Positions 40,071-54,535 of a DNA stretch of 64,000 nucleotides are shown piece after piece. Position 1 is the first letter of the stretch; every line of letters starts with the position of its first letter. Under the pieces are notes generated by a model, which saw only the letters and a program-made list of their open reading frames with translations, made no database searches and was not told the origin of the DNA. Origin of the DNA: Cycas panzhihuaensis (lineage: Eukaryota > Plantae > Cycadophyta). A program made the translations under genes and the position numbers. The DNA lies in NCBI GenBank assembly GCA_023213395.1, contig CM041465.1, positions 105,717,741-105,781,740 on the forward strand, read 5' to 3'.

Positions 40071-40223
40071 TGCAACAGTTTTTTTTACAACCTTAACTTC
40101 CCAAAATGGCAAGAACAACATTGGGCTTCTTAGTGGAAAAATTTTCTGCAACAATTGTTTTTTACAACCTTACCTTCCCAAAATGGCAAGAACAATATTG
40201 GGCTTCTTACTGGAAAATTTTTC
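40071..40223. repeat. Tandem duplication of a ~76-bp unit
   Basis: TGCAACA...CCCAAAATGGCAAGAACAA.ATTGGGCTTCTTA.TGGAAAA occurs twice in tandem. Confidence 0.85.
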
Positions 40224-41659
40224 TTGGCCGAAGAGGGAGAGATTTTCATCGTGTGGCTGAAATCCATAATCCATATGAATGTCGCACCACTGTATTAACA
40301 ACAAACATCCCTAAATGTACAATATATATGACAAAAAAAATTTGTTCTAACAAACACGTTTCATTGGTCCATCAAATAAACAATGTTGATTCATGAGTGC
40401 AAGAGCAATTCTCGACCTATTTATTTTGTTTGAGTGCATAAAGTAGTCAAGAAAGAAGTAAAATTACAAAATTTTCTGAGGCTATGAAACCTCTAATGAA
40501 ATATAACACCAAGAGAATCAATCATTTCACAACAATTTCATCAAACCATTCGTAAACTAATATTATAGATAATTAGTGTCTCAATTAAGAGCCAATCACA
40601 TAACACAAAACATTAGTCACAAAGTTGTGATAAAATAAGGTTTGGAGGTTGAGGTGTCCATTGTTGAACAACTTGAACCTTAGCCATCAATGCAAACAAA
40701 ATTATGAAGCTCCATGAACCCAAGGCTACAAATAACAAGTTCTCTTCTCCATTTTATATAGGCCATGGTACTTACAGGAGTTAGCAACCATGTTTAATTG
40801 AAACAAATCCTTCACATTTCAAAACAAAACTGCCTTGTAATTTTATATTTGATTTTTTTTGGTTGAAATATGCTTCTCTTAGTAAGAAAAAAACATGGTA
40901 TCCTATTATAATAGAAATATGGGAGGGTAGAAACATAACCTGCTACCCCTATGAGTGAGTTGAGCCACAAAAAATGGCAGTATATGTAACATAAGTTTAA
41001 ATACACAAACATAAACAAAATATGGCAGTACTAATCTAAGATAAACTTTCCCAAAGTAGAACCATGAGCATCAGTACTCCACATTTAGCATACGAGGGTT
41101 ACCTCATAGATCATCTCCCTTATTTGAGGGATCCTCTTTGAGAATCCAGCCTTTTCATGGGTTAGAATTAGCATTGTGCTTGGGGTCTCTTGGGGCTCTT
41201 GTTTTTACCTTTTAGTGCTTGTTTGTTGTGTAAGAGGTGAAGGGATTATCATTTGCCCTTCTTATGGAAAGGCCTACTTCTAAAATTGCTCCTGTCTCTA
41301 TTGGAGTTTTGCTCTTCTATTGTGGTGGTGTTGGGTCAAACTACTCGTTTGTGGGAGACATGGCTCATCTTGTAAGTAGCTAAGCATGGTTCGTTAATCA
41401 ACTCCAACAAATGAGAAAGATCAACTTGTAAATTTGGACTTGAGGGCTAATATGCAAAGAATGATTAGTGACAACATATATTGATATTAAGTTAGTAAGC
41501 CATGTAAGAGTCAAATATGCAAATATAACAACATTTCTATATTTTTATATGGTTTAAAATGTTTATGCTAAGTATGATCTAAGTGGTGATGGGAGTTTGT
41601 GAAAATACCTTATTATCCCCTAACACTATTATAGAAGGGGTTTGAAAAAGGAGGTTGTT

Positions 41660-41682
41660 TATATCTATACACACACGCGCGC

Positions 41683-41723
<41 letters not shown>
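41660..41723. repeat. Compound (AC)(GC)(AT)(GT)n microsatellite
   Basis: Directly visible. Confidence 0.9.
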
Positions 41724-41726
<3 letters not shown>

Positions 41727-43229
41727 ACGGTTACCCCTAGGATTGATCCATCAAGATGTCTTCCCTACCATAAATAGAATATGAACCATTAATGAATCTG
41801 AGCTTAGTAAACACATTTTTAATAACAAGTCTGTCATAGATCAAAGGCTAAGCAAGGAAGATTCAAAGGGAGCTTCCCACAATCTTTTAAACCTCTAAAG
41901 CCAAATTACCTTCTTCTTGTTACACATCTATATCTTATTTAATCTTTTTTACAATAAACAACTCAAAAAGAGAAGCTTATACATGTGGGATGTGGAACAC
42001 TTAGAAAATTATTTGGCGTAATGCCATGCCCAATCTTCCTAACAATTATACGTGGCTCTAATAATAAGATTTAATAACTATTCAATAATGAAAATGTTCC
42101 AATTGTCTTTAATAATGAGTTTGTCTAATTTTTTTTCAAGTTATGTTTGAGGCCTTGCCAAGCCTTTTAGCTCCCTCTTATAGGATCAAACTATTGGTGT
42201 AATGTGTTTAACCTTTTCTTAGCCAAACTTTAGCTTCAAACCATGGGACTTGACCAAAGCACAAGCTCTCTCTCAAGAGAAAGGTGGGGCAATAATGGGG
42301 TAATTAGGCATCTTATTGGCTTCTCTCCTCTCCAATGTAGAAATTCCTTGCAAGCATCCCAAGTAGCCCGAATACTTTTGGAAATGACCAATCTTAGGAT
42401 TTTAATAGGGGAAAGAATGATTAGGTAGGTGTAGGCGAAGAGTTGGAATCCTTTATGGTTCAAAAGAGTTGTGGTAAGTTATTTTCAGCTAGAATCTTTC
42501 AAGCTTCATTGCCTTCTTGAGCTCTAACAAGCCATTTTGCACACAAGGCATGACTTTATCACCTGATATTAGTAGCATCTAGCCCATTTTTTTTTGTGTT
42601 GAACTAGATGATTCTATTAATTGGAAATATTGTATATAGTTACAACAAAAATAGGGAAAAATAAATGCCTATCCCCTTCATCTCTACATGTGAGTTATTA
42701 AGAGCGAAATAGAAATATTAAAACAAAAAGAGTTGTCATTAAGGGTAGTATGCCGTGCAATTAATAGCCACACAGGGCATAGCATAGATATTAATATGCA
42801 GAGGTTGAGTCTCTCTAACCATCATCACCCTTTTCTTGGTGGTCTTCCATTGGGCACCATCCTTTGCATGGTCTTAGGACCATATCATTGGTTTTGAGGG
42901 ATTGTTGCTTGGACTATTGTTCCTCTCCCTAGTAGGAGTGCCTGCTAACTTGGAGCCTATGGTTTTGATACGTAAGTGATTGCAATGGTAGTTGTAATGG
43001 TAGTGAGACCTATTATTAGGAGGATGCTTACCTTGAGTTCTACTTTGACCTACCATGATGCCTTCCCTTATTCTGGTTGTGTTGTGATGTGAGAACATCA
43101 AGATGTGAGTGGAATAAAGAGGAAAGAATGCAAGACTATGAAGTGTGTTATTTTATTGAATCCTTCAAGTATAAATACATGAGTGAGAGATTTGCATGAT
43201 GGACACTTGTCATCCATGTGTTACCTTGT

Positions 43230-45703
43230 ATTTGTACATTAGAGAATAAGGAAATAATTAGAAAGGAATAAAGAATGAAGAAATAGGAAAGAAAGAATAA
43301 AGAAAAAAAGAGTAAAGAATAAAGAATAATGACTATTAATTAGTTTCTCCCTACTGAGAAGAAATTGTCCCTAATTCCTACTAAAGTTGGGAAAAATAGT
43401 GGAAGAGTCTATTTCAAAGATCCACTTGACTTGTGTGGGTCGAGTTCTTTTCCTGCCGACAAGGTAAGTGGTGATGAGCTACTTTCGAGTGCGTCGTTGT
43501 CTAGTGTCCTACAAAATATCTTCCTGTAGTGGTGGTTGAAAGTTGAGAATCGTATCCGATGGATGTGGGAGAGGGTTCAACTTCTAATTGTGAAGGCTTG
43601 CACAATTTTAATTGGTTGATGTTTACCACATTGTGAATTCCTAAATGTACAGGTAAGTCGAGTCTATAAGCATTGGGGCCAATTTATTGAAGAATGGTAT
43701 AAGTGTTAGAAGTAATGTTTTATTTAGGATGCTTCTAGAATACTTTGTAAAGGCAAAGTGTATTTAAAACACTTTATGAGGGTTATGTATCATTCCCCTT
43801 TTTCCTCTCTGAGTGGCAAGTGGCAAGTTCACATTGAGCGGTTGCCATTTGTCCTGTACAAGTTGTAATGCATTTATAGATTCATTCTTATTAATGAAGC
43901 ATTATGAGTTCTTTCTACATGGTATTGGGGCAGGTTACAACCGTCTGGTCAAGAATCAATTTTTGTCCAAATTTAAAGGAGGAGGCCATTAGGATTTTGA
44001 GAGAAATCAATAAAAGTTAGTCCGGATAATCAAATTTCTAAAGGAGAATAATCAATTTGAAGTATAAGTCATCTCAAAAGACAAATTTGGCAAAAGAACA
44101 AGTGTATGGACAATGTATGGATATTGTACGAGCATTATACGAATATGAAAATTTGAAGTTTTTAGATTGCTCCCATATTTCATCAATAGGGTCACAATAG
44201 TACGGATGCCACTTTTCTCCAAAGGTGTGATGTGTTTTGAAATTATTTCGAAGGGTTTTTGGCTAATTTTTTAGGGTTGCAAGTTTGAGAAGGATTCTAC
44301 TCATGTTTTCAAAATGGTTCAATTAATTTGGGTAAAGCATGCATCAATCTAATCCTCTCTTTAATACAAATCTTTTAAGACCAAATTCAAAGGCAGATTC
44401 AAAGTATTTTTTTTGTTTGAAGCATTTTTCACTTTCAACTCCATTTTTTGTCAAGCTAGACATTTTTTGAGAAAAATAATTGTACATCTGGACTCCTCTC
44501 ATCAAATACTTCGAGTTGAACCCCTCCTTTGTCAGATTTGTATACCTACAAAAATTTGTACTTTTTCATACACTGTACGATTATACTACCCTACAATTGA
44601 GTTTTTCTAATATTTTTCATTGCCTTTGTCATGCACTCATGGCCTCCTCTACTATAGCTTTGCATGAAGTCGATAAATTAATTGAAATGAACTTTAACAT
44701 CTGGAAAATAAAGATTGAGGGTCTCTTAAGAGTTAAACATTCTTGGAAAATCACCATTGGTGAAGAAAAATAGCCCACAAACATAATGGATCTACTGAAC
44801 TGAGAAGAAAGGAATAACGATGCTATATCTGTTCTCAAATTTTCAATCTCAGATTCTCTATTGACTTATGCAGATGGTGTTGAAAGCGTTCATGAAATTT
44901 GAAAAACATTGTTCTCCATATTTAGTCCAAAAAATGAAGCCAGAATAGTAGCTCTGATGGAAGAACTATACAAACTTAGAACAAGAGAGGGTCAGTCAAT
45001 TTCTGATTTTATAGCTAAACTAGCCAATGTAAAATATGCACTCCTCACAGCAGGAGATAAAATAACCGATATCGAATTAATATATCTTGTGCTCAATAGA
45101 TTACCAAAGTCATTTGACAACATGGTAAATATGCTAATAGATGGAGGGCAAGCAACTATCATGATTTTTGATGTTTTTATAGGTCACATGCTTGGCCAAG
45201 AACAAAGGAACCAAATATATGAAGAAGATATAGAGATAGAAAAAGCACTTGTCACTAAACTGAACTTAGGAGGTTAAGGATGAGGCCAATGCAACCCAAG
45301 AATGTAAGGTAGAGCACCAACCAGCATTAAAAGTCATTGGACTGATAGAAGAGGAAGAGGAAGAGTTACTCCTCCACGTAATGCAAGGGTTTGCTTCAAT
45401 TGCAACAAATCTGGTCATTATTCAAGTAACTGTAAGGCTTTGATGTTTGCTATCACTGCAGACAAATTAGTCACTACCCATATCAATGTTACCAAAGAAG
45501 AGCAGAGATTTAGAAATGAATATCAGGAAACTACAGCAAAAAATGAGACTCAATGGAGGATGAAGTTGAGATTATTTTTGTAACAATACTAGTTGCCAAT
45601 TCTAGTGCCATAGAAAATTGGTATGTTGACTTAGGAGCTTCCCACCACATGACTAGAGTTGACGAATGGTTTGAAATTTTGAAACATATGATCTTAATAA
45701 GTA
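43230..45703 (+). mobile_element. Ty1/Copia element, 5' part (LTR, PBS, gag, protease), interrupted at 45704
   Basis: LTR ends TTCTACA at 43919 (start uncertain). PBS TGGTATTGGGGCAGGTT is a decayed tRNA-iMet site. gag NFNIWKIKIE, LYKLRTREGQSISDF, LNRLPKSF; CFNCNKSGHYSSNC knuckle; protease WYVDLGASHHMT. Confidence 0.88.
44639..45703 (+). pseudogene. gag: Copia gag-protease, disrupted
   Basis: ORFs 44480-44773, 44909-45277 and 45553-45738, with in-frame stops. Confidence 0.85.
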
Positions 45704-46491
45704 TGTGGAATTGTAAGATAATTTTCCCCTTCACATAAAAGGGATTGGTCAGATAGCCATAAAAAATGATAGAGAAATTCAAAGAATGTGTGTGCCTCTT
45801 CTTATAACAGATTAACAACAAAAGACAACATCATACAAGAAGGACGCAAGTTTCTTCTGGAGCACAAATAACCAACTTCTTTATGGAAAAAGAGGGCACT
45901 GTGTCTGGTCCTCTCACAACCAGACGCAAGCTTGAGCAGTTACAACAGAGTTAAGACAACCTGCAATTAAGATACGTTGATGTTTCTTTCCTATCTACAT
46001 ACATACATACATGCATATATACTTCCATGCATGCATATTTACATATATCTCCCGATATTCCCGTTCTGACCTATATATTCTCTTATACAATTACATAGTT
46101 ACATATTGATATAACTACTTTCTAGTTACTTTCTAACTAATGCAACCTAAATTTCTTAAGGACTGCTCACATTACATTGTTCTTGCCTGAGCTTCTCGGT
46201 CATCTATGTCGGTTGCCTTTAGAGTCTGCATCTGGTTGCATAGCAGTCCGCACCTGGTTGCACTACAATCCCTGCTGGTTGCACTGCAGTCTCTGTTGGT
46301 TGCACTACAATCCCTGCTGGTTACACTGCAGTCCGCACCTAGTTGTACTGCAGGCCCTACTAGTTGTACTGCAGGCCCTGCTAGTTGCACTGTAGTTCGT
46401 ACCTGGTTGCACTACAGTCCTCGCTGGTTGCACTGCAGTTCGTGCTAGTTGCACTACAATCCATTAAAAAATCGGGAATACTTTGGCCACA
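45704..46491 (-). repeat. 3' LTR (~788 bp) of the host Gypsy element
   Basis: TGTGG...CCACA terminal inverted repeat; purine tract GTAGAGGAGA just upstream on the minus strand; starts where Copia homology stops. Partner LTR not in window. Confidence 0.6.
46232..46462. repeat. 11 tandem 21-22-bp repeats inside the LTR
   Basis: Unit CTGGTTGCACTRCARTCCCTG and variants, head to tail. Confidence 0.92.
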
Positions 46492-46558
46492 CACATCTCC
46501 TCTACAACCACTTTGAACGAGTAGCATGCTTATTCCAAAATTTCAAAACTTTAACTTT

Positions 46559-47785
46559 TCATTTCTTCATCTGATTTTCTATAATCCTTGCATTTTCTCG
46601 TCGAATATATTCCCTTTCTGGCTCTGCAATATGAGAAGGTAGTCTTAATCCATTCTGTTTCACATATTCACATAACAGAATAATGCCCTGCATTGTATCC
46701 AACAAAGCTAATGTTGGCATTTCCCTGATATGCAGCTGTTCAATCTCTTGATTTAGTTCATTATTCAATCTTTGTACCGATTTTAATTCTTTCCTATAAA
46801 GATTTTGTTCCTTCCACAATTTTTTGCAACGTTCAGTTTTCTCATTTGATTTTAATATCCATGCTCCTAATCGATGGTATACTGGCTGCATATATTTGGG
46901 AATATACCTGTTAAATCTTTCTTTGAACTATTTTAACTGAGATCCTACCTCATCAACCCAATCTATTATAAATTTCTTTAAAGAATCTAGTTTTTCCTCT
47001 GTCATTTAATGGATTCTTTTCAACGATTCTTCTGGTGGCCTAGCTGTGCTTTTCAATTCTATAACTAGTTGTCTAGTTATTTTAGCTAAGAATGAAGTTC
47101 TCTAGTTTGTTACATCTTGAGGATCGCATTCTATAGGATCCAATCCTTCCTCCAATATTTCCTTATCTACATCACATTCTATTTCTGGTCGCTGATTGTT
47201 TAATTTTTCTATAATTTCCTTTTTCTTTTTCTCTTGGGCTAATATTCTTTTTTGTTTCTGAACTTTGCTTTCTATCTCCATTTCATCCTGCTTCCTTTTT
47301 CCTTTTGCTTCTACTTCTTTCTCCTCCTTTTTCTCCTCCTCTTTCTCTGCTTCAGTTGTTGGCACTTTTGCCGGACTCTGAACTTTTCCCGCCTGTCTTT
47401 CTGGCAGCATGATTTCTATCTTTTTATCTTCTTCCTCCTTCTCATTTTCAACCTATCGTTTAATGTCAACAATGGCTTTCCTTATGTTATATTGGGTCAG
47501 CACCCATTTTTGAACTTTACCTTGTACTTCTTCCCACTTTTCTACATCAATGTTACAACTTGTCCAATAAGCTAATGGAGCTTGCTCTTCCTTTACTGCA
47601 GGTATAATAACATCTGGACATTGAAAAAGAACTAATCCTTGTACGATTGTCACATAAGAGGAAACAATTTTGATAGATTCATGCACTGTTTGTAAATTTT
47701 GCCTTACTCTTTCTGCCACAAATTTTGCCCAATTTAAACATTTCCCTTGAGCCACCTTATTGATCATTATCCTCAAACTAGTTAG
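46559..47785 (-). pseudogene. Extra ORF of host Gypsy, C-terminal part (K/E-rich, predicted coiled coil)
   Basis: ORFs 47453-47854, 47102-47410 and 46559-46891 are all in one frame, separated only by point stops. Confidence 0.75.
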
Positions 47786-48157
47786 TGTTAAGATACCACT
47801 TCTTAATGATAATTGCACACCAATATAATAAGCAAATGACTCCAGAAAAAGCACTTGTATTGTAATACCTTTCGAGGGGGCAACCTCCTAATTACATGCA
47901 ATAATAATGACATTTAAGATACCGTACTATAAGGATTACATAAATATATATATGGCTTTATGCTCACTACAGAACCTTCTCCTTATGCATGTGGGATATT
48001 ACATGAATATATATAGTGCTCAACGACCACTACACAACCTTCTACTCATGCATGTGGGATATTAAGAAAATGGAAGAAGTAAAAGAAATAAAAGATATAA
48101 GAGAGAGAAGAAGTAGAAGATATAAGAGAAGGTAAGTTAGGGGTTGGATCCCTAACA
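47786..48157 (-). repeat. 3' LTR of Reina-like element (372 bp)
   Basis: TGTTA...TAACA; about 25 substitutions versus the partner LTR by manual count (~7%). Confidence 0.95.
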
Positions 48158-48189
48158 AAGTCCCTCCCTTAAAAAAGCTTTGCCTTCAA

Positions 48190-51100
48190 AGCTTGGTGAT
48201 CTCAGGGTGCTCTAGGATAAATTGCTCAGTCTCCCAAATTGTATCTTCTCGCAGAAGTTGTTTCCATTTGATGAGATACTCAATGATTTTTCTAAATTGT
48301 AGATATCGAATTCTTTAGTCGATGACACATTCTGGAATGAGTTGAAGTTGCCTCTCTTCATTTAAGATAGGTAATTCTGTTTGAACTTGTACTTGTTGCC
48401 CAATTACCCTCTTGAGACATGAAATATGAAAGACATTATAGATCCTTGATAGTGGTGGTAAGTCGACATATGCAACTTCACCAACCTTCTTAAGAATTTT
48501 GTAAAACCCATAAAATCGAGGTTGTAATTTATGTTGCCCATCCCGTTTGAGAGATACCTGTTTATACGGTTGCAACCGTAAGTATACCCAATCATCTAGT
48601 TGAAATGCTCATTCACTTTGCCCTTTATCTGCCTGTTGTTTTATCCGATTTTGTGCAAAGTTCAAATTTTTCTTGAGTAGCTTAAGAATCTGTGTTGTTT
48701 GTTGGATGTGGTCCTCGACTGCTTGAACCTTAGAACTGATTATGGCATAGTTCTTAAATATGGGTGGTTCATAGCCATATAATGCTTGGAACAGAGTCAT
48801 TCCTACTGATACATGATAGGTTGTATTATACCACCATTCTGCTAAAGAAAGCCAATGATGCCACTGCCCCTGCTTATTTGAAGCATAACAACAAATGTAT
48901 CCTTCAAGGCACTTGTTAACCACCTTAGTTTGACCATCTGTTTATGGATGGTAGGATGAGCTCATTGTCAGTTTAGTACCAAGTAGATGGAAGAGTTCTG
49001 TCCAGAAGTTACTAGTAAACTTGGGGCTCACTGACTATGCATTTGGGCATGCCATGCAAACTGTGTATATCCTTTAAAAAGATCTCAGCAATTTGCTTTG
49101 CCTTATATATGGCTTGAATGCCACAAAAATGAGCATATTTAGTTAGCCTATCAACAACCACTACTATAGCATCTTTTCCTTCTGACTTGGGCAGACCCAC
49201 GATGAAGTCCATAGAAATTTCTTTCCATCGTTGATTTGGTATGGGAAGGGGTTGCAACAATCTTGGAGACTTGACTGTTTCTGTTTTATATCGTTGACAA
49301 ATTTCACATGAGGAAACATATCTCTTTACATCTCCTTTTTATCTCTTCCAAAAGAAAGACTGTTTTAAGTGGTGGTATGTTCATAGGAACGTCGAGTGAC
49401 CTGCTATTAGAGAGGCATGTGCATCATGTAAAATTTGCTCCTTAAGGCTAGAGTGAGGGCATATATGTATTCGATTATGATACCAGAGAATATTTGAAGA
49501 CCATGTATAATGGGTTGAATGCCCTACTCCAGCTTAAAGGTCTTGAATGATCTGCTTTATAAAGGAATCCTAATCCCATTCTTGCTTGGCGACTACTATC
49601 CAAGAGAGATTGACTGTTGTGATAGAATATAGTGCATAGCCTTCTTCCTTACGAGATAAAGCATCAATAGCTATATTATCCTTGGCCTTTTTTATATATG
49701 ATTTCAAAGTTAAAAGCTTGTATTTTGGTGACCCATTTTTGTTGTTCCTCAGATACCGTTATTTGAGATAGGAAATATTTAAAATTATCATGGTTCGTTT
49801 TAATTTGGAAATGTGTTCCCAATAAATATTGTCACCATTTCTTAACTGCATGAAGAATTACTAACATCTCCTTCTCATAAGTGGATTTGACCTGTTTCTT
49901 GGGTGTAAGTTGACGACTTTCAAAGGCCAAAGGTTTCCCTTCTTACATTAAGATTGCTCCAATGCCTTGCCTCGATGCATCACATTCAATGGTAAAGGTC
50001 TTTGTAAAGTCTGGTGTTGCAAGGACTAGTATGGTAGTTAAAGTTAGTTTTAAGTGTTTAAATGCTTTAGAGGCCTTATCATTCCAATGAAATGAATCCT
50101 TTTTTAACAAGTTGATTAAAGGGGAAGCAATCCTTGCATAACCCTGAACAAACTTTCGATAATATTCAGTGATTTCTAAGAATCCACGAAGGCCTTTGAT
50201 GTTTTTGGATTTAGGCTAGTTTGTGATAACTACTATTTTCTTAGGATTCACCTTGATTCCTTCTTGAGAGATAATATGACCCAAATATTCTATTTCTGTT
50301 TGTCCAAATTGACATTTTAATTTTTTTGCATAAAGTTAGTTGTCTACAAGCACCTATAATGCCTTAGCAACATGCTGAAGATGGTCTTCCCACGTACGAC
50401 TGAAGATAAAAATGTCATAAAAAAAAGACTAACATGAACTTCCTTAAGTAAGGCCGAAAGAGTTTATTCATGAGTCCTTGAAAGGTGGATGGGGCATTAG
50501 TCAAGCCAAATGGCATGACTAAAAATTTATAGTGACCTTCATGTGTACGAAATGTAGTTTTATGAACATCCTCTACCTTGATCCTAATTTGATGGTATCC
50601 TGACTGCAAGTCCAATGATATGAAGAACATTGCTCCATTGAGTTCATCCAAGAGTTCATCAATGACTGGTATAAGAAATTTATCCTTGATGATTATCTTA
50701 TTGAACTCGCGGTAGTCTACACACATGCGAAATGAGCCATCATTTTTTCTTACTAAAATCATCGGGGCAGAAAAAATGCTTTTACTTTCCCTACTAATAC
50801 CAACATTAAGGAGTTCTTGAACTAGTTGTTCAATTTCATTCTTTTGCTGGTAGGGATATCGATATGGTCGAATACAAGGATGATTGCTTCCAACTACTAG
50901 GTTAATGTTATGATCTTGGTCCCGTACTGGGGGAAGACCTTGAGGAATATTCTGAAAGACCTAGTTGTGGCAGTGAAGTACCAATTTTAAGTCATTTGGT
51001 ATACCATCATCTTGGAGAATGTCCCCTTCTATTAGAAGTTCTTGACCTTCCAGAACATAACATTTGGCAATGATTCATGTACCACCCTTTTTAATGAGCC

Positions 51101-51814
51101 TCTCCATACAGTGTGAGCTGATGATTTAGGTCGGCGGAGGAATAATCCCATTCAATTGATAGTCAATTCCTTCAGAAGTAAATCAGATGAAGAGCTTTTA
51201 CATATTTAGTTGAATGGTCCCTAGTGGTTTGAGCCATTGTACCCCTAATACAACATCAACTCCTCCAACGAGAATGGTATACATAGAAGTGGAGAGGTGA
51301 TAGTCACCGATTTGCAACTTGATGTTGTGATATTTTCCTCCACAAGCGAGTTTCCCTCTATTAGCCACTATAACCTGAAAATTTTTGACAAGATATGGAA
51401 AATAGTTGAGTTCTTCAACAAATTTCCGATTAATAAAATTGTGGGTGCCCCCAGAATCTATGAGGACAACCACCTTCCTTTTCTTAATGTATCCAATAAG
51501 TTTGAGTGTCTGAGTGGCTGCAATTCCAGTCAGGGCATGCATAAATATAGTAGTAGTATCTTCTTCTTAATACTCGGGTGGGTCACAATCATTATTTTCT
51601 ACCTTTAATGAGGCTTCTTTTACTGGTTCATCATATTGAACATCTTCAATTATGAATAAGCGTCGTTCAGGACACTTATGGTCTTTATTCAACTTTTGGT
51701 TACAATGAAAACATAACCCTTTCAATCGTTTCTCCTCCATCTCTTGGAAAGTCATTTGTCGCACACCAAGAACTTGAAATTGTGGTCACTTTTCTGGGAA
51801 TGTTCGTTGGAGGG
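48190..51814 (-). pseudogene. pol: gag C-terminus-PR-RT-RH-INT-chromodomain of the Reina-like element
   Basis: LCFHCNQK...[57 protein letters not shown]; multiple stops and frameshifts. Confidence 0.93.
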
Positions 51815-52396
51815 TGTAGTGATCTAATTCTACTTTTATAGCAATTTTCCTCAAAAATACAAGTAATAATCCACACAACAATAACTAGATGCTCTTCAAC
51901 AAGAAAAATGAACAATGAACAAGAATTACAGAATCCACAGAAGTAAATAATAGTCTTTATTGTCGAATAATACCAAAATTGAGCAAAAGTTCAACAAAGT
52001 ACCTATCTTTCCTGAAGATGTGAGCTTCCCTCTTCGAGGCGAGGAACCCTCCAAACTGCAGCACCCAAATTGGCGAGCTAATTGCAGCCCTAGAATCAAA
52101 AATGCGCGACCAAAGAACCTCTAACGATGATGAAATGAGGCCGCAAATCCTCCTTAAATAGGCGGCCAAACGATAGTAATATAAGTCGACCAGACTGGGT
52201 AATATTCTTCTTAAAACCACTCAAATAGAAGTCGGCCAGAACTTCTCCAAAAACTAGCAGGGTAACTTTAAACGGCCATAACTTTTGATTGAGATGGTAG
52301 AATTGACTTTCGTCTGAACCGTTGGAATCTTTGTTCAGAGGCCTTCAATTTGAATGGTTACATGGCATAGTTTTGACTAGATTTTGGAATGCTACA
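51815..52396 (-). repeat. Composite LTR1 (3'-most, 582 bp)
   Basis: TGTAG...CTACA. Confidence 0.95.
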
Positions 52397-52429
52397 AGTC
52401 CCTCCCCTTCAAAACATGCTTTGCCCTCA

Positions 52430-54410
52430 AATCATTAGTAATGGCCCATTTTTCTGCATCCATTCTTCTGACTCCTACGTTGCATCTTTAAGCTCCGATG
52501 TCTTCCATTTGATGAAATATCCTTTCATTATCCTGGATCGTAAATTCTTGGCCCTAGTCTTCAGTATTCCCCTATGTTCCACTATCATCATTCCTTCTTC
52601 ATCCCGTGTTGGTAAATTCATTTGTGGAGCCTCCCTTTCACCCAACTTTTTCTTTAAACAAGACACGTAGAAGATATTGCGAATTTTTCTTTTTAGTGGC
52701 AATTTTAACTGATCTCTTACTTGTTCCAATTCCCTTTTCAGTGTAGTCCTTGGGGTTCCTAAAAAACTCCTTAATATCATTCTAAGATTACCTGAATCTT
52801 TGGAGGAACATTTTTTATTTCTACTTTGTAACATGACATTATATACACTTGTGGATTCTTCTTTAGAATCTGTTCCATTCTATGAGATGATATGAGTTGA
52901 ACTGGAGGTGTGGTTGGGGCTTGTAGTCGATATTTACGTCCTTTTTGTTGGAAACACATAAATCTTGTCATATAATTGGTAACGATGTTCCCCAACATTT
53001 GTAGCCATTGAATTCCCAAAACTACATCTACTCCGCTTATGGGCATGGCAAACATACAAGTTGTGACCTTGTAATCATTGATCTGGAGAGTCATGTCTTT
53101 GTAGTATCCTCTACACAACGTTGTTCTCCCATTTGCTATTGACACCTGGAATGTATTGAGGGGTTTCACTTGTAATTCCAATTTTTCTGTCGATGCCTTG
53201 TTTATAAAATTGTGTGTACTCCCACTATCTACGGGATTGATCTTGGTCTCCCTTGATTTGTCCTTGGAATCTTAGGGTTTGGGGATACTTGTTGCCACAT
53301 GAATAGCCTGCAAGGATGTTTGGACACTCCCTGTATCCACTTCCAAAAATTCATTTTCCTCCCTTCCTACGCTCTGGTGTTCTACTTCTTCTTGTGCTGC
53401 TTCTGGTATTTCTGCATCATCGCTATTGATCATGAAATCCTTCTTTGATAGGCACCAGTGTTCCTTATTCCATTTCTCTCCACACTTGAAGCACATCCCT
53501 TTCCTTATGTGTTCCTCTTTTGTTGTTCCCGAGCTTTCTATTGTATTTCTTATGTCTAATGGGGGGTTTGCTTTTGTCCCTGATTTGGCCCCATTAGGAT
53601 TCTGGATCTGATATGTTGGTGGCCCATGTTTCCTTGTATATGTCAGTCTGCTATCTCTAAGTTCTGCCTCCATATTCCTTGCTATTTGAATTATTACTTG
53701 GAGTTGTGGTGGATCTGCTGCTTTAACTCTAAATTTGATATGATTTTTCAATCCACTAATATAAGTCTCTAGTAAACATTCCTGCGGTATCTTTTCTAAG
53801 ACCATACATTGTAGCATTTGGAACTGTTCTGTGTACTCTTGGATTATTCCTTCTTGATGTAATCGTGTTAACTGAGCAAAGTAATCTGTATTCTAAGAAT
53901 CGTCATATTGCTTTACTAATCCTGCTCTTAGATTCTCCCAGGTCTGTTGCATTGGTAAGTTCATCTTTTTCCACCAATAGTACCATCTTAACGCCCTTCC
54001 GTTTAAGTGTAAGGATGCTATTTCCATCTTTTCCTTAGTTGGGGAGTTATAAACCTTGAAATAGTTCTCCATTTGTAAGACCTAATTAGTGATATTCTTG
54101 GATACATCTGGATCGAATTTTTCCAAAGATAATCCTGCCCCTTTCCATCCATTATCCATGTTGGGAGTTCTCCTTTTGTAAGCTCGTCCATCGAATCTCT
54201 TGGTCTCATTTCCTTGATTTTCTTGATCCATTTGATCTATCCTTGATGTGGTGTTGTTATCCATTTCTCTACTTGACACATTTTGTATTACTTGATCCGT
54301 TTTTGCTAGTAACTTCTAAATTAGGATTGTTAGAGACCTTATGCTCTAGTTTAATTCGGATGTGCCTTCAATTTTTTCCTCTAAGGTTCTAGAGTGGGTT
54401 GCCATCTTCC
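52430..54410 (-). pseudogene. gag: Unit 1 gag-protease-(integrase C-terminus/chromodomain), no RT/RH/INT core
   Basis: ORFs 53272-53817 (YISGLK, CFKCGEKWNKEHWC), 52777-53181 (DVVLGIQWL) and 52475-52834 (VSCLKKKLG, IKWKTSELKDAT). Confidence 0.88.
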
Positions 54411-54535
54411 TGGGAATGAGGTTTTTCCCTGATCTCAATTCCGTTTCTATTTATTTTAATGTGGGGGGATTTTTTGACATTTTTTGCGCTTTTACCTTTG
54501 CCTTTTCCCTTCGAAAACGAAGCTCTGATACCACT

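Noticed and set aside
42160-43100. Faint gag-like remnant on the minus strand (LSLERELVLW)
   Set aside because: Too degenerate to support without a profile search.
46232-46462. CRISPR-like array
   Set aside because: Units are head to tail with no unique spacers, there are no cas genes, and the context is a eukaryotic LTR.
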